64,000 bases of DNA from Octopus sinensis (lineage: Eukaryota), in assembly GCF_006345805.1 (NCBI RefSeq), contig NC_043001.1, positions 6,944,001-7,008,000 of the forward strand. The letters are read 5' to 3'. This document shows, in pieces, positions 12,684-27,100 of the stretch. The position numbers and the translations under genes are program-made. Under the pieces are notes generated by a model. That model saw only the letters and a program-made list of their open reading frames with translations. It searched no databases and had not been told where the DNA came from. Each line of letters begins with the position of its first letter. Positions within the stretch are counted from its first letter, which is position 1.

Positions 12684-14694
12684 GTCAGTAAAATTTAGAT
12701 TCAGCTGAATATGGTACTTAAGTAAAAGGCACCAGAATTTAGTATGGTATTATCCATATAATTCAAAATGGGGTGATTACAATCAAAATAAGCAACAAGG
12801 ATATCCAGACGTAATGCAGTACGGTCGTTTCATGCGACCGTTTTATTTGAACAATGCAAATATAACATCAGTTTTAAAATGTAGAGCAGTCTGTAGCTGC
12901 ATAAAATATAGAATTTAGTTGGATTCATTTGTATAATTATTCTATTAACCAAAATCACAAAGAGGATAAGTAGATAGACAAAGAACATATTCCTCAACAA
13001 CTACATAGTTGTAACTGATATTTTTTCACATGAAGACACTGCTTAGCATTGGTTTTACTTTGTTGTTTAGATTTACTACTGGGGGGGGGGTTAGTTCTAA
13101 TTTATAGAGTAGTTTATCAAGTCTAATGGAAACTAGAATCTATCTTTTATGGATAGAGTAAAAAGACAGTTTAAGTGGCAGAGTCATAACAACCATTCGG
13201 GTTCAGTAAGAATCCATTCCAGCCAAAATTTGCAGACTAAAGCTGATGGGGAAGGGAGAGTAAAACTTATAATACTTAACTATTTGACAACCATAAACTC
13301 AGGGATAATTTGAAATACATAGGTACATTTTAGAGAGTTTTTTCCACACACACACACACACACACGCACACACACACACACACACAAAGAAATCAGAACA
13401 ATTTCAGTATTTTACACAATATAGGGATGGATAATATAGAAATAATTCCATATTTATATAAATTTCTATACTAACCTAAGCTTAAATAATAAACCGTGAT
13501 ATTGCGCGGGATTTCTGTAGACACAATCCATCATGTCGTAGGACCTTTTTTTAAATATTTCATATTAGAAATACATGTAGATATGTATAACATTTGTATT
13601 TGTTAACAATCTCAAAATATTTTACAGTGAAAGCTGTGGTGCGCAATTTGAAATATTTATGGTGTGTAAAATATCTCATATATAGTATTGTGTTTCAGTT
13701 TAAGTAACAAAGAGCACATAAATTGTTTTTAAACACTTGATAAAACGATGTGTGATATGAAGAGTTGTCGATAAAGAAGATATTTATTGTTGTTGGGAGA
13801 ATGTTTAAGCAGTGTCATTTGACAGCTCTACAGTGAAGACCTTCAACGTGTAAGTGTTATGTTTCTCCATGTATCATTAAGTTCTGTAGAAATACCGTGA
13901 AGTGAATAACAAATCATATATCAATTGTATTATTGTGTAATAAAATGTTACAGAATTTTAAAAATCAACAGTAATTACTCGAATAAAGTCTTCTCACCGT
14001 TTAGACCATTTCACCACCACACAACTTTGTTCATCGTAACCAACATGCAGAGAAAAGATTTTCTCTTTTCTTTGTTAGGTGAAGTTGGTAACACGATTTC
14101 TGTCATATTTATTATTGACTCTCGGCACAAAACCAAAAACATTGGGGATATGGAGTGAATAGTTATCTTGGCGCGAATCGACTGGGAAACAATTTTTTTC
14201 TCTTCCAAAGTCCTCGACAGTTTGCTATCAAATTTGTATCAAACAAAGTTTATTCGCTAGCGTTGAAAAATAAAATGGCAGTCACGGTTGTGACCATGAT
14301 GGCGTAAATTCTATTATATTTTTACCTCTGCGAATGAGGACGATGCATCCGTTTTGGCAAAGCTGCACGATGGTTATAGATTTGCTGCTACAAAGTAAAA
14401 TATCCTTCGTCTAGTGTGTCCCACATTATCACAGCATTATTTCCCCTTATCAAAACTCCAACAACACCAAGATTGATTCCTTTAAAAAGAGGGAGCATGT
14501 AGTAATTTTTTTTGCTAGGTTTTTAACTCATGAATTTTCTTTCCTCAACGTTTATGCTTCTTAGATCATCTAGAACAATGTGGAAGAGGATATTCGGCGA
14601 AATATGAAGAAAATATCGATGAAACATAGATATACTAAAGTACAAAGGATGGCACTGCACTTACAACTACAACAACAACAACAACTACTAATAC

Positions 14695-14727
<33 letters not shown>

Positions 14728-15269
14728 AGCAACTGGTGTTGCATGCTATTAATACTATTCTTGTTATTAGATGATGAACTGACATAATTGTTTGAGGGTC
14801 GGGGAAATGTTTTTTTCGTATTTACTCAGGCAATTTTCGTTTGGAATTCAAATCCCATCACAGTAAATTTTGCTCTACGTTCTTTCGGGGTCGTTAAAAT
14901 AGCAACCAATCGAATACTGAAAGTCAATGGTATCGAATAGTTCCATTTTCAAAGTTGTTTTCCCTGTGTCCAAATCACGTAACCCCAATTATTAAGGGCA
15001 GTTGAGCAGCCAGAATCGTTTGAGAGTCGGTATTTCTGAGCTCAAAAGCCATTGATTTCATCAATTCTTTTATGCTTTTATTTTTTTACTTGTTTTAGTC
15101 TTTTCGATGTCGCAGGCCTTCATGTCCCTTTTGCAAACATCCTTGTATCATAAGAATATTATTAACACCAATAAAAATACTAGCCTTAACCCATATATAA
15201 CTGCCTTATCTCTGTAGCTTGTATTTTATTCCTAATAAGCATTCTACAAAGCATTCTAAACCCCAGAGT

Positions 15270-15510
15270 GGAGTCGAGTGGCTTACTAGTCACAGCCATT
15301 TACACACGGTTATATGGTCATGGGTTTTATTCTCAGGTGTAAGTTGGAACCTTGGGCAAGATATTTTATTTAACGTTACTCCAGCCCACTCAGGTGGCAA
15401 CAATGAGTAGCACTTGTATTTAAAAGGGCCCACCTTATCACATTCAGTGTCTCGCTGTATCTCTCAAACACCTCCGTTCATGGTTCTAATACCTTGACCT
15501 GCGTGTACAA
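15270..15510 (+). mobile_element. Old tRNA-derived SINE (family C-related)
   Basis: Degenerate A/B boxes, CCTTGGGCAAG core, and TGTATTTAAAAGGGCC..CTTATCACA segment shared with 41029-41381 and 47830-48025. Confidence 0.6.
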
Positions 15511-15880
15511 CTTGATTCTGCAATTAACTTTTAGCTTTGGTGATTTCGTAGTTTTGATATTTGATTAACGCTTATAAGTTTTCATATTCTTTAAAAGATC
15601 AGTGTTTGATATAATATCAAACCTGAGGCTCTGTTCGAAGTTCTGTCGAACTAGAAGTCTTAGTATATATCAATACACCGCAATGTGTATTGTGATGTGT
15701 ATAAATACATGATCACTTATATGCAATCATGTATTAATGTGCAGTTGTGCATTATATGCATGCATATATATGAGTATATGTGTGTATACATATATATATA
15801 TATGTGTGTGTGTGTGTGTATGCTTGTATGTACTTATACGTGTGTGTATATATCTATACATATATATATATATATGTATA

Positions 15881-15920
<40 letters not shown>

Positions 15921-15922
15921 CC

Positions 15923-15953
<31 letters not shown>

Positions 15954-17929
15954 ATGTATGTGTGATGTCATCTTAAAGCATAATAATCCCTTTGTACCAC
16001 TCCATCCAATTATATTGCACAAGCTTTCTTCAAGACGAATAAACGAAAGACAAGAAAACTTTTGATATTGAAGTTTGCTAATCTTAAACAATGCACCTAA
16101 TCACCTAATCACCTCGCTACACTCAATGTCCCTTGCAGAAGAATTGGAATGCGTTAACTCCGGATCGTGCGCTAGCGATTATAAACAGCAATGTATAGAG
16201 TAACAGCAGAATAAATATAAGGTGCGTCCTGTGAATGAAACGACGTTAATAATACATAGAAGAAGGAGAATAAACGATTCAAAGGAGAAATGCATAGTTA
16301 CTTTTATTTCATTTCAAAAGGTATTGATTCTTGGAAGCAATTTCATTATTGAATTGAGGCGTGTTGTGTATTTTTGGAGGAGAGATTGCAACCGCAAAAA
16401 AATTTCCATTAGTATCATAGCTATTTAAATGGAAACTTTTTGTAAATTCTCTTAACGAAAATTAGATTCCATCAAAAATTGAAAGAAAAAAAAATTGTCT
16501 CTGTTTTTGTTTGAGCGATTCAAACTGTGAACACTAATTCACAACGTTTGTATTAGTTGTGAGACTGCAAGTACTATCAGGAATTTACAGGACAAATCAC
16601 GATGCTATCTCGAAAGCTATCGTAGAAGAAGATGATTATCAAAATAGACAGATATTCAATTGCGATGAAATTTTTATGTTTCTTGTAAATAATGCGTTTT
16701 GAAACTTTCTTCTTTGAAAGAAGAAAAGAAATTCTAACATTCTTTGTAGTTGTAACAAGAATCCAGTTTATATCTGATGAAAGTGTTACCATGTAAAATG
16801 GTATCTTAGAAAAAAAAAAGCAATGAAGAAATCAGATGTCGTTACTAAAATGCTAAAACACATAGCAAGGAAACATTTATAACGAGAGAATAATTTGTAG
16901 AATGATCGTTATTTTAGATCAAACCAACCGAATGAATATTCCTGTATTCCTGTATTCCATTTATAGTATGAGACAACGCACTCATCAGCCCTTTAAGCGT
17001 TGTTCAGAAACTGTCAAAATGTCTCCCATGAACTTCATGGGAATAGAGGGCAGTTCTTTTACGTTATAGACAAAGAATTTATTTCTATTTGGAAGGGTTA
17101 GTTTTCAAGCGTTCATGTGCAACATTTGGAGGTAAATTTTAAATATCTATAATGCATGTGTAAATATTGCACTAAAAAATACGATAGCCATGTTGAAACA
17201 CATGTTAGCGCAATGTTTCGAAAATGTATGGCTGACTACATTAAAAAATATGGTTTGTCGAAAGAATGAAACAATTCTTCACTCCAGTGAAATTTATACT
17301 AATAATGGTGAGGTCTTCTAGAGTATGACTTGAGTTCATATACGTTTGGAATTTATTTACTCCGAATTAAGAAGTCCTTATGAAGATTGTGATAGCAAAA
17401 TAGTTGTGAAAGTGAAGGACGAATGCAAAAATTTACCGTTTAGAATATTTGATAAAATATTACGGAATTTTCTAAACCAAAATTAATCATGCAAATTCAT
17501 ATTTGGTTATATTGCAAATTCATTGATATTTGAAAAATAACTTAGATTTGACGAGAACGGCTGGGCACATGATTTGTTTCATGTTTTTATTTGTTTCTGT
17601 TACTTATCTGCGACCATGCTGTGGCAGCGCCTTGAAGAGTTTTAGCCGAACCACTCGACTACAATACTTAATTTCAAGCCTGGTTCTTATTTTGTCGGAC
17701 GCTCAAGCCAAACCGCTAAGTTGCGGCGGAGAAATAGCGGATTTCCAACGCTGGTAGGGTAGAGAGCAAGACAGAGAGAGGGGATGAGACACACACACGC
17801 ACGCAAAAAACACACACATGCATGCGCGCTTACATACATAAACACACACAAATTCACACACAAACGAATTCACACACAAACAAATAAATGCAACACGCAC
17901 ACGCAGAAGCACACACACATATTTATATA

Positions 17930-18120
17930 CAACGAGCTGGCAGAAACTGTAGCACACCGGGCAAAATGTTTAACGAGGTCGACTTTGCCCTTCCATCCTT
18001 TCGGGGTCGATTAAATAAGTACCAGTAACGCTCTGGGGGGAATGTAATGAACTTCATCCCTTTGTTCTTGTTTGTCCACTGTATATTTAAACCGTCTGTC
18101 GGTAATAAAGAAATAAATAT
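17930..18120 (+). mobile_element. tRNA-derived SINE, family B (GCCTTTCATCCTTTCGGGGTCGAT central domain), internally deleted
   Basis: GAGCTGGCAGAAAC head, conserved central domain, tail ending AATAAAGAAATA. Confidence 0.8.
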
Positions 18121-18495
18121 TCATATACAACGAACTTCTTTTAGTTTCTGCCTACAAAATCTGCCAACAAGGCTTTGGTCATCGCGATGCTATAGTAGGA
18201 CAGATTTTCTAAAGTTCTGATGTGACCATCTGGGGTTCGAAAGAAAACTTCTTACCACATATGCCACACAACTAGAAACGTTGTTGCTTACTGTTTATAC
18301 AGATACATCACTCGCCCTCTTTTTATACATGAAACACTTAAATATAACATTTTGAATAAACATCTCATTTTCATATCTTTTCAAAATTAAGATACAAAAG
18401 ACAAAAGCGGTGGATTACTTTAATAGTAAATTACACTAGGTAATTACGAAGTCACTGAACTATTTAATGAATTGTCTTTTTGTTGTTTTATTGTA

Positions 18496-18544
<49 letters not shown>

Positions 18545-19449
18545 GTATATATATATGCATATATATAGATATATTTATATGCATGTATGTATGTGTATAT
18601 ATATTTCTATGTGTATATATGTGTGTAAGTGTGTGTATGTATATATATTCATATGTGTGTGTGTATGTCTGTGCATGTGTGTGTGAATGTGTGTGTATGT
18701 GAGTGAGCGCAGTGTTCAGAAAGTAGGAAGATTTTCCTATTTACATTTTCAGAACGGAAGCTTCTTGCACACACGCACATCCACTTGTTTATGTGTGTCT
18801 GTGTGTGGTGGTTTGTGTGGGTGTTGGCGGGTGTGATTCATGTGTGTGTGTGTGCTTGTATGTGCTTGTGTGTGCTTGTGTGTGTGTGTGTGTGTGTGAT
18901 TGTGTGCTTGTGTGTGTGTGTGCTTGTGTGTGCGTGTACTATAAGAACGAATCTTAGAAGAGACGGCTGACGAGTGTGCAGTTCAGGTGGAAAGATTCTT
19001 CAATGTTCTTGCACACATGGAATTACATATATTTTGCCAAATTGACTTAAAGCAAGTCTACATAAAAAGAATGAACTCAGTCTTTCATCTTACATCTAAA
19101 TACATTAATTCTTGCAACAAATTCTCTCTTCCTCCTAACAAATGGTTTTTCCCATTAATTTAACTAAACCTTACTGAACAAAAAGACTTTTGGAAGAATT
19201 ACAACAGAAGTCATAGCCAAACCTCGAAGCAATGCAATAATGACGAAGAAGAAAAGAAACTGACAGAAATATATCAATCACAGATGGTCACTGAAAAGTT
19301 CTAGTGTTGGAATTTGGAATATTTTTTAATGCACTTAGCATCGCATTGTAAAGAGTACCACACATACACACGGACACATATAAGGTAAGTATGCATGTAT
19401 GTATACACACACACACACACACACACCACACATATATATTACACACACA

Positions 19450-19514
<65 letters not shown>

Positions 19515-20685
19515 AAATCTATGAGAGAATTCGGGCATGTGTTGTGTTAGACAATTAAGTCGGACGCCATGTCTCTGTGCTGGTATATTTTATCGAACAC
19601 TGACGATATAAGGCGAGGTTTGACTTCACACGACTTGAAACACGAATGTTATGATTCAGAAAGATTTCAGACATCAATGCGATACTAATTGTGAATTTAT
19701 GTGAAGTATGTATGATTATGTACAAATTTAAAGGTAGAAATATATAGATAAATATATACATACATACATATTTATACATACACATACACACAAACCTACC
19801 CCCCCCCCCATATATATATATATATATATATACATATAAAATTAATTAAGGGTAGAAATTGATATTTATCAATTAAAACCAGTGGTCCAGCATATTAAAA
19901 AAGAATCCGAAGATTAAAATATTTATATATACCAATTAAGGATAACTGTAACATTCATCAGCATGGTCCGTTATGAATGAAATTTGCTGGACTAGATGCA
20001 AAAACGGTACTGGAGTATCTCGTGTATGGAGTTCAACCAATTACATTCGAATGTATCTTTCAAATGCCTTTACTTTTGATTTGATTTGATCTAGCTCAGG
20101 AGTTGTGGCCATGCTAGGGCACCACCATTTGTTGTTGCTACATATTTTGTCTCTATCATAAGCACAATCAAACACAGACACAAACCTGTCACTTCACCAC
20201 TAGTTGTATTTGGCATTTATCCCCCCACACAAACAATCACGCACACATATACACACACATAGACACGAATGCAGTTATATACATAACACACATAGGCACT
20301 TAATCTCATTGACAAAAGCAAACAACAACGCATCACCATACATACGACTTGCACTCTGTCACCCCCCAATTCTTAGAACTTGCCCCTTCCAACCATTTTT
20401 GAACTCTTGAACTTTTTAGAATCTTATCCATCCAACCAATTTTGACGTCACTGCTTATAACGGAATATTTTAAAGAAACACTCATTATCACTATGGACTC
20501 CGTGTGGGCAGTCATCTAAAAGTTTTTGTTCGTCATGATGCTGACATAAGTTCCTTGTCTTTCCTGATGAGAAGACGGCATAATGCACCCTTTATTCCTT
20601 CGGAATTAAGAATATGCAGTCTTCGAAACATGTGTCGAGAATAAAGGAATTTTGTTAAATCGTCGTTCGACTCCATTCTTTCATT

Positions 20686-20739
<54 letters not shown>

Positions 20740-20740
<1 letters not shown>

Positions 20741-20880
20741 AACCATATGTGGATCGTGCGCCACATTTTCCTCCGTCTTCCTTTTGTCTTCGACTCTCCT
20801 CCATCCCCTGCCTCTGTCGAAGAGCTTGGCTCGATGCGTAGATCTACTTTTCTTTCCTTCCCTGAGCGATTAAACTCTAT
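20740..20880 (+). mobile_element. Degenerate Penelope-like terminal module (CUGU-core family, copy 3)
   Basis: CTGTCGA A GAGC TTG GCTC GAT GCGT A at 20814-20840, followed by TTCCCTGAGCG as in the other copies. Confidence 0.5.
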
Positions 20881-21506
20881 CTATTTATCTATTTGTCATC
20901 CTATATCTGTCTCTCTCACGATATATATAAATATATTATATGTGGTAATACTTTGCATTCCCACGTCCTCACGATGCCGTATATCTTCTGATTTACCTCG
21001 ACTTTTCAGATTTAGCTATATATATACATAAGCTCATACATACATTCATACATACATACACACATAACATACCCTTTCTTCTCCAAAGATGGTATGAAAA
21101 TACCTTGTGATAATTTGAAATTGTAACTTTACCACAAACGGTTCTGCCATAATCATCCTAGCGAAACTCGTCAATGTGCTATTTTCAATGTGCTATTTCT
21201 CTACAAATATGTCAGTATTCCTAAGCAAAATAAAATTATTTCCGTCAAGGTTAATTGTGGACAGAAGGTAGAACTCGCACAAAAGTGGAAACTGGCGACG
21301 TGCGATGACAAAATTCACTGCAGTGCTAATCTACCATATTCTGGAGATTTGGTGAACCACTGCCGTTTGGGCTAAGCTACAAATGTTTGGATTCCATGGG
21401 AAAACAGTGATGGCTATAAAGTTATTCCTCACCAAATCGAGCTTCCTGTGTCGCAATTTATCATTTAAGCTTACGTCTATTCGTCTGTGGTGTTGTTTTT
21501 CATTTA

Positions 21507-22620
21507 TTAGTTTGGCAATTAAGTTCCCACCGTTTTTTTATATATATATAAATATTTTAAAAGGTTTAATAAAAAAAAAGGAACTAATTGATCCATAATG
21601 TATTCACTCTTGTTATTTACAGCTCCTTCCCAACGTTCAACAAGATTTTCAAAATACCTTGATGGTATAAATCCTCCAATTTTGACTCGAAAAATTGATC
21701 CAACCAAGCTCTCAATTCTGCATCAGTATTGAACGAAACTCCGCGCATAACATTTGAAAAACATCGAAAGAGTTGGAAATCCGTTGGTTCCAAATCAGGA
21801 GACAACGGCAGTTGTGGAAGCACTTCCCAGCCATACGTTTGAATGGCTTTCTTGGTCATATTGGTGATATGAGGGCGGGCGTTGTCGTGCAGCAGAAGAA
21901 CTCGATGCTGACGATTAGGTCTTTTCTCTTGATTAACCGTGTTGATTCGTTGCATCTGTTGAACATAGAGTTCCACGTTGACCGTTTGCTTCCGTTCAAG
22001 TAATTCATAATGGATAATCCCTTCCCAGTCCCACAATATGCACAACATCATTTTACGCGAATGAAGATCTTGTTTCATGCGCGGTGTCGCTTGGTAATCG
22101 GGGCTAAGTCATTCCTCATGCTCTTTCATATTGATGTACAGGCACCGTTTCTCGCCACCAGTAACGATTCGGCAAAGAAATCGTTGCTTGTGTCCATGAG
22201 TTGAGCAGTGACGAGCAAGCAAACCAGCTGAGATTGTGGCTCGTTGATTATTGTTGCTGTCACTTAAAGCATGCGGAATCCATGCTCCATACTTCTGAAC
22301 CTTTCTCATCGAGTGAGGATGTTTCTCTATAGCAGTGTGGGAGCATTCCATTTTCTCTGTTCTGTTGTTTGACGAGAATGTTCGTGCAAAAGTTGGTTTA
22401 ATCGCTCTTCATCGAACTCAACTGGACGGCCAGAATGATGTGCCTCTTTCCATTTTTGAACTTGGCATACCAAACACGAGCGGTTCTTTCAGCTATGCCA
22501 TCATCTCCGTACAGAGCACACATGTCGAGAGCAGCGTTTGCGGCCTTAGAACCTAAATTAAAAGCAAAAAGAATAAAGTGTCGAAATTGCTCGTTTTTTT
22601 CTCAACGCAATATAATAAAA
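21507..22620 (-). mobile_element. Mariner (D,D34D-type) transposon, frameshifted pseudogene, one TIR retained
   Basis: ORFs 22109-22351 (WIPHAL, IVTGGEK) and 21617-22078 (KMMLCILWD, HDNARPH, LSPDLEPTDF); TA|TTAGTTTGGCAATTAAGTTCCC TIR at 21507; second TIR not found. Confidence 0.92.
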
Positions 22621-22754
22621 TAAATATAAATAAATTATATAAACAATTAGAAAATATACAGTACAGTACTGCTTCTACTTCCCGGATTTACATCTATTGC
22701 GGGGTAGAATGAAACAAAGGCGATATCAAGGGATTAATGTAATAGCATGTATGC

Positions 22755-22758
22755 ATAC

Positions 22759-22789
<31 letters not shown>

Positions 22790-22791
22790 TG

Positions 22792-22822
<31 letters not shown>

Positions 22823-22830
22823 GTATGTAT
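22755..22830. repeat. (GTAT)n microsatellite
   Basis: Directly visible. Confidence 0.95.
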
Positions 22831-25499
22831 GTGTGTGTGTGTGTACGCAAATTCAGTTAGAGCATGAACCTTATAACTCGATCTACAAACTTCGGCCGAT
22901 AGTATAGGGTAAGAAATGCTATTAAACACCGAGTTCGCTATATCACTGGCTCTACATCTATTTATACAAAAATATGAATAACAGTATTTGCACTTGATAT
23001 ATGCCCTCCTCATGAGATATAATTCACCTCCGTCGTCAGAATAGTAGTACTGATAACAATAATTGATACGTTGGCTTAATTAATACTGTTTAAAACCCTT
23101 CAGCATTGATTCTGCTGGTAAAACAATGTTGAAAAAATTGTACCAACTATTTTTTCATATATACCATATTTCTCTTTTTCCTAATGTCTGCCATTTATCT
23201 CTCCCTAAAATGTATTCCAGCATTTCAACCTAAAATCTTTTCATCGATGTTATAATCTCCATCCATTTATACGAAAACTTTTTTCACTAATTTATACTTT
23301 TGGTACATTTCTATGACATGCCTGTAATCTAACGCAATTAACATTTTCTTTATTTTATTGTTTCTACCATAAATTTACGTGGTTTATTTTCACGCTCTTT
23401 TGCTTTATCTTTATTCCTGTGTTAAAAGTGTATCGTTGCGATGTACTTTTACATCATGCGTTCTGCATATCAAATGTGTGGGTACGGTCTGTTAATTTTC
23501 CTATCCTGAAGTCTTTATTTACATTTGTTTTAGTCAGGTTCACTTCTCAATGTCGCGGAGAGGGACATTAAACCAGATTTATTACTTTTCTTTCAAGTGT
23601 CTTCCAGAATTCCCTTTTTCGCAAAGCACCTCCATTAATATCAAAACTGATGATTCACAAATATTTTTTTTAGTTCTGATACATTCTCTGATTCGAACAA
23701 TTGAAACTAAAAATGCTTGTATATGACGTTTACATATTTATTTATTATCATCATCCCGTTTTCTAATGGTCGTTTCAGTCGCTTATTTTCCTCAACAAAA
23801 ATGTAACTGTTATACCAGTGAATTTCTCGTCAATGAATATAAATGTAAACTTATCAATGCTATGCATAAGAGAGATTCGGTCTGGTTACCACGTAGAGCT
23901 GTTTGAGCAAATTGAACGTAGTAGAGTGAGATGGAATACAAAACAGAACCAGATTTTCCAGTATAAACAGAAAACTAGCGAAAATGTTTTCACATAATTT
24001 GTATTTTGGTGATCCATAATAAACTTATGGTTCGCAACGACTAACTATATGATTTCGACACGTGATTTCAGTAAATTAGAATGGTTTGTTAAAACAACAC
24101 ATTTGTACCGCATTGTGGATTGAACACAAATTCACTGACAGATAAAGTTGGACAGCAGACGTATTCAGCTGAATTTAAAATTTGTTCTGTAAATGTCGAA
24201 TATAGTGCAAGTAGCGTTTCGAACCAAGTCTTTATTCGATTTGTGTGGAAACAAGTGTCATTGATCGTTAAGTACCTTAACACATTAATCTATAATAAGA
24301 TTTCAATATCACTGGAACTCTTCCTAATTTCTACACAAACCCTTTTTCTCTAAATACTCTTTTCATCAATTTCGATTCCTCTTGTTCACAGATTTCGCGT
24401 ATGTAATTGTAGAAATGAACAATGTAATTATGCAGATGTACACCGGCCATTGCCTTCATTCTTAAAGTAGATGACCTTTATCTGCTGCGAACAATGCCGC
24501 AGCAACACGCAACCAAGCCAATACATTAAACTTCTCAATAATGTAAACGTAGAACGGCAAAGTTGATTCTGAGGTGATTTCAAAGCTGATGACACATAAA
24601 CTCTTGTTGTTTATTGACTAACTTTGAGCTCCTGATTTAATTGACGAAGCAAATTACTTCTTGCCAAATAGATTAATGACAAACACAGTAATGTTCCTAC
24701 TTTCATTTCTACATTTAAAATTCTGGTCCATTAATTTTCTCGGAAAAATAAATTATATTTGGTTATAAATATATTTTCTTTGCATAAATATGTCAATAAT
24801 TAGCACATTAAGTGAGGAAATCATTTTAGAGTTTAATGTTCGTTTGTTGAAAATATCTGGTCATGAGTGTCTCTGTATTGAACGAAGTAAATTCAGAAAT
24901 ATACGCAACGTGAAATCAATTTAAAATAACAGGGCATCGCTAACATTACAAGAAGTAATGATTCACTTTTATATACGGAAAATATAATAAAATTAAAATT
25001 CAACAATCAAAGGTGAAAGATAATTGCGAAAACTTTTAGCAAGTTGTTCCGTGTTGTTTTCTATTATTTGGTGTCATTCTCATTTCTAGTGAAGAACAGC
25101 GATGTTCGTCTCCATTGATTTTCTTCAGCCCTTGATACGTTTAACTACGTTTCAGTGATATAAAGCGAATGGAATATCAATATTATTCTAACGGACGGTA
25201 ATGTTTCAAGTTAATGCCACTAAATTGTTTTCTATTTGATACTTAACATTATAATGTTTCTAAACTACAATGGAATTGAATCACGTAAGCATCAATGTCT
25301 AAGATGCTATTTCAGTGGTACTGGCGTTAATCGAAGAAAGTTATCAAAACTGAAGTTAGCATCATGAAGTTCACCTAGAGCAAATGAACGCGTAAACTCT
25401 GAACAATAAAGTCAAAGTCTCTCGTATTAGGGGGGCTCTAGTTGCAAAATTAGTGATTATTATTTTGATTATAGTCACAGTGCCCCTGGAATGGGGAAG

Positions 25500-25670
25500 G
25501 GGCGTGACTATCAGTTAAATCGACCCTAGTAGTCAACTGGTATTTATTTTACCTGCATGGCAAAGACGAAAGACCTAGTCGCCCATGGTGGAATTTGCAC
25601 TCAGAATGAAAAGCCGGAAGAAATGCTGCCAAGCATTTTGTCCGTAGTGCTATCGATTCTGACGGTTCAA
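25500..25670 (-). mobile_element. SINE family B, degenerate
   Basis: Reverse complement of head, GAATTTGCACTCAGAA B-box region and central domain. Confidence 0.65.
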
Positions 25671-25779
25671 TATTTCATTTTTTTTCCAATTGTTGAAGTC
25701 TTTTTGATGAATTTATTGTTTATTATTCATCACTAACATAACAACAAACAATACCAAAAAAATGACAACTATACATAGT

Positions 25780-25980
25780 AACTTAACGGTGCCCGAAGTT
25801 TTGGAGGAGTGGGGGCCAGTCGACTAGATCGACACCAGTTAGGTGCTTAATTTATCGACCTCGGTAGGATGGAACGTAAAGTCGACCTCGACGGAATTTG
25901 AACACAGAACGTAGCTACAGGGTGAAATATCGATAAGCATTTCTCCTAGTGTGCTAACGATTCTGCCAGCTCACCGCCTG
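25780..25980 (-). mobile_element. SINE family B
   Basis: GTGCTAACGATTCTGCCAGCTCACCGCCT head (reverse complement); AAAGTCGACCTCGACGGAATTTGAAC. Confidence 0.8.
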
Positions 25981-26304
25981 CGAATACTCATGATAATAAG
26001 ACTTAGAAATAATTTATTCAATATCGTTCATAATATGTAAGCTACCGTTTATCATCGCACTAAATTAATATATTCGGTGACTGTGAACCAGAGCACATGC
26101 TGCTAAAATTGAGCACTTGTGTAGATGGAAATAATTATTCCCTGAAATGTTCAATTTTCCCATATTATCTTATATGTAAAATGTGTAATATTTATGTATA
26201 CTTCTATAAATATATTCGTTTCAAACATTAGTCAAATACGGAAGTAGTTATAAGTCGTAGTTATAAGACTTCCCGTTTTAAAGTAACTTTTATCACCTAC
26301 ATAT

Positions 26305-26708
26305 TTCACTCATTCAACTGCGGCCATACTGGGGCAATGCATTGAAGAATTTTTAGTCAATGTATCGACCCTAGTGCTTATGTTTTGTTTCAGTCTGCTA
26401 CCTACTGTATCGATCTCTAATGCCGAACAGTTATGGAACAGTGAAAAAAATACATCAAAACTGGTTTCCAGCTGCGATGGGTGACAAACACGTGAATAAA
26501 TGTACACACACACGATACAGACAGACAGACACACACACACTAACATGCACATACCCATTACAGAAGGGGTTTCTTTCAGTATCCATCTACCAAATGCGTT
26601 CAGAAGTCTAGTATCAGGCCGAGGCTATAGTAGAAGACACCCAAAAGCTGAACGCGGATCCATATGCTTGGGAAACAAACTTCTTATCATGCAACCAACC
26701 TGTGCCTA
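26305..26708 (-). mobile_element. SINE family A, old copy
   Basis: GGCCGAGGCTATAGTAGAAGACAC core, internal CA repeat, GCGGCCATACTGG tail. Confidence 0.75.
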
Positions 26709-26789
26709 TGTGTGTGTTTGTGTCTGTGTGAGTATGTATGCATGTATGTATGCATGTATGTTTGTATGCATGTATGCATGTATGTTATG

Positions 26790-27100
26790 TGAGGTCACTT
26801 TCGAGTGCTACTGGTAACATGTAACCCAGTACAACCTGTTGCATGGTCGGGTCGTGGTAAGGAGGGTGTTTATTGGACACCCTGCGGGAGGAAAAACAAA
26901 ACCCGTCAAAGGGCGGAGGAACCCTTGAGAGTCAACGACCATCCAATAAATGTCTTAAGGATGCGCGGGGACATAGAAATAATCGGACTGAATACCCGAT
27001 CGCGCGGTATTGGGAGTGAAGGACTCCTAGCCTTTGTTAGGGCATCCTTCTAGGAGAAGGTAACTCAGGTAACTGGGATAACTCTGACATAAAACCTGCG
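26790..27100 (+). mobile_element. Probable 5' UTR of an RTE-like LINE
   Basis: GGGCATCCTTCTAGGAGAAGGTAACTC..CTCTGACATAAAACC resembles the CTAGGAGAAGGAAAACTCTG..AAACC motif of RTE 5' ends (from memory); GC-rich and hairpin-prone. Confidence 0.45.

Noticed and set aside
23530-23640. ERDIKPDLLL peptide resembling kinase HRDIKP
   Set aside because: Lacks the catalytic-loop Asn and other kinase motifs, and the frame closes shortly after; likely chance.
26790-27100. HDV-like ribozyme expected in an RTE 5' UTR
   Set aside because: A CTCCTAG/CTAGGAG stem is present, but the nested double pseudoknot (P1, P1.1, P3/L3, J4/2) could not be assembled by eye; needs an RNArobo or Infernal search.
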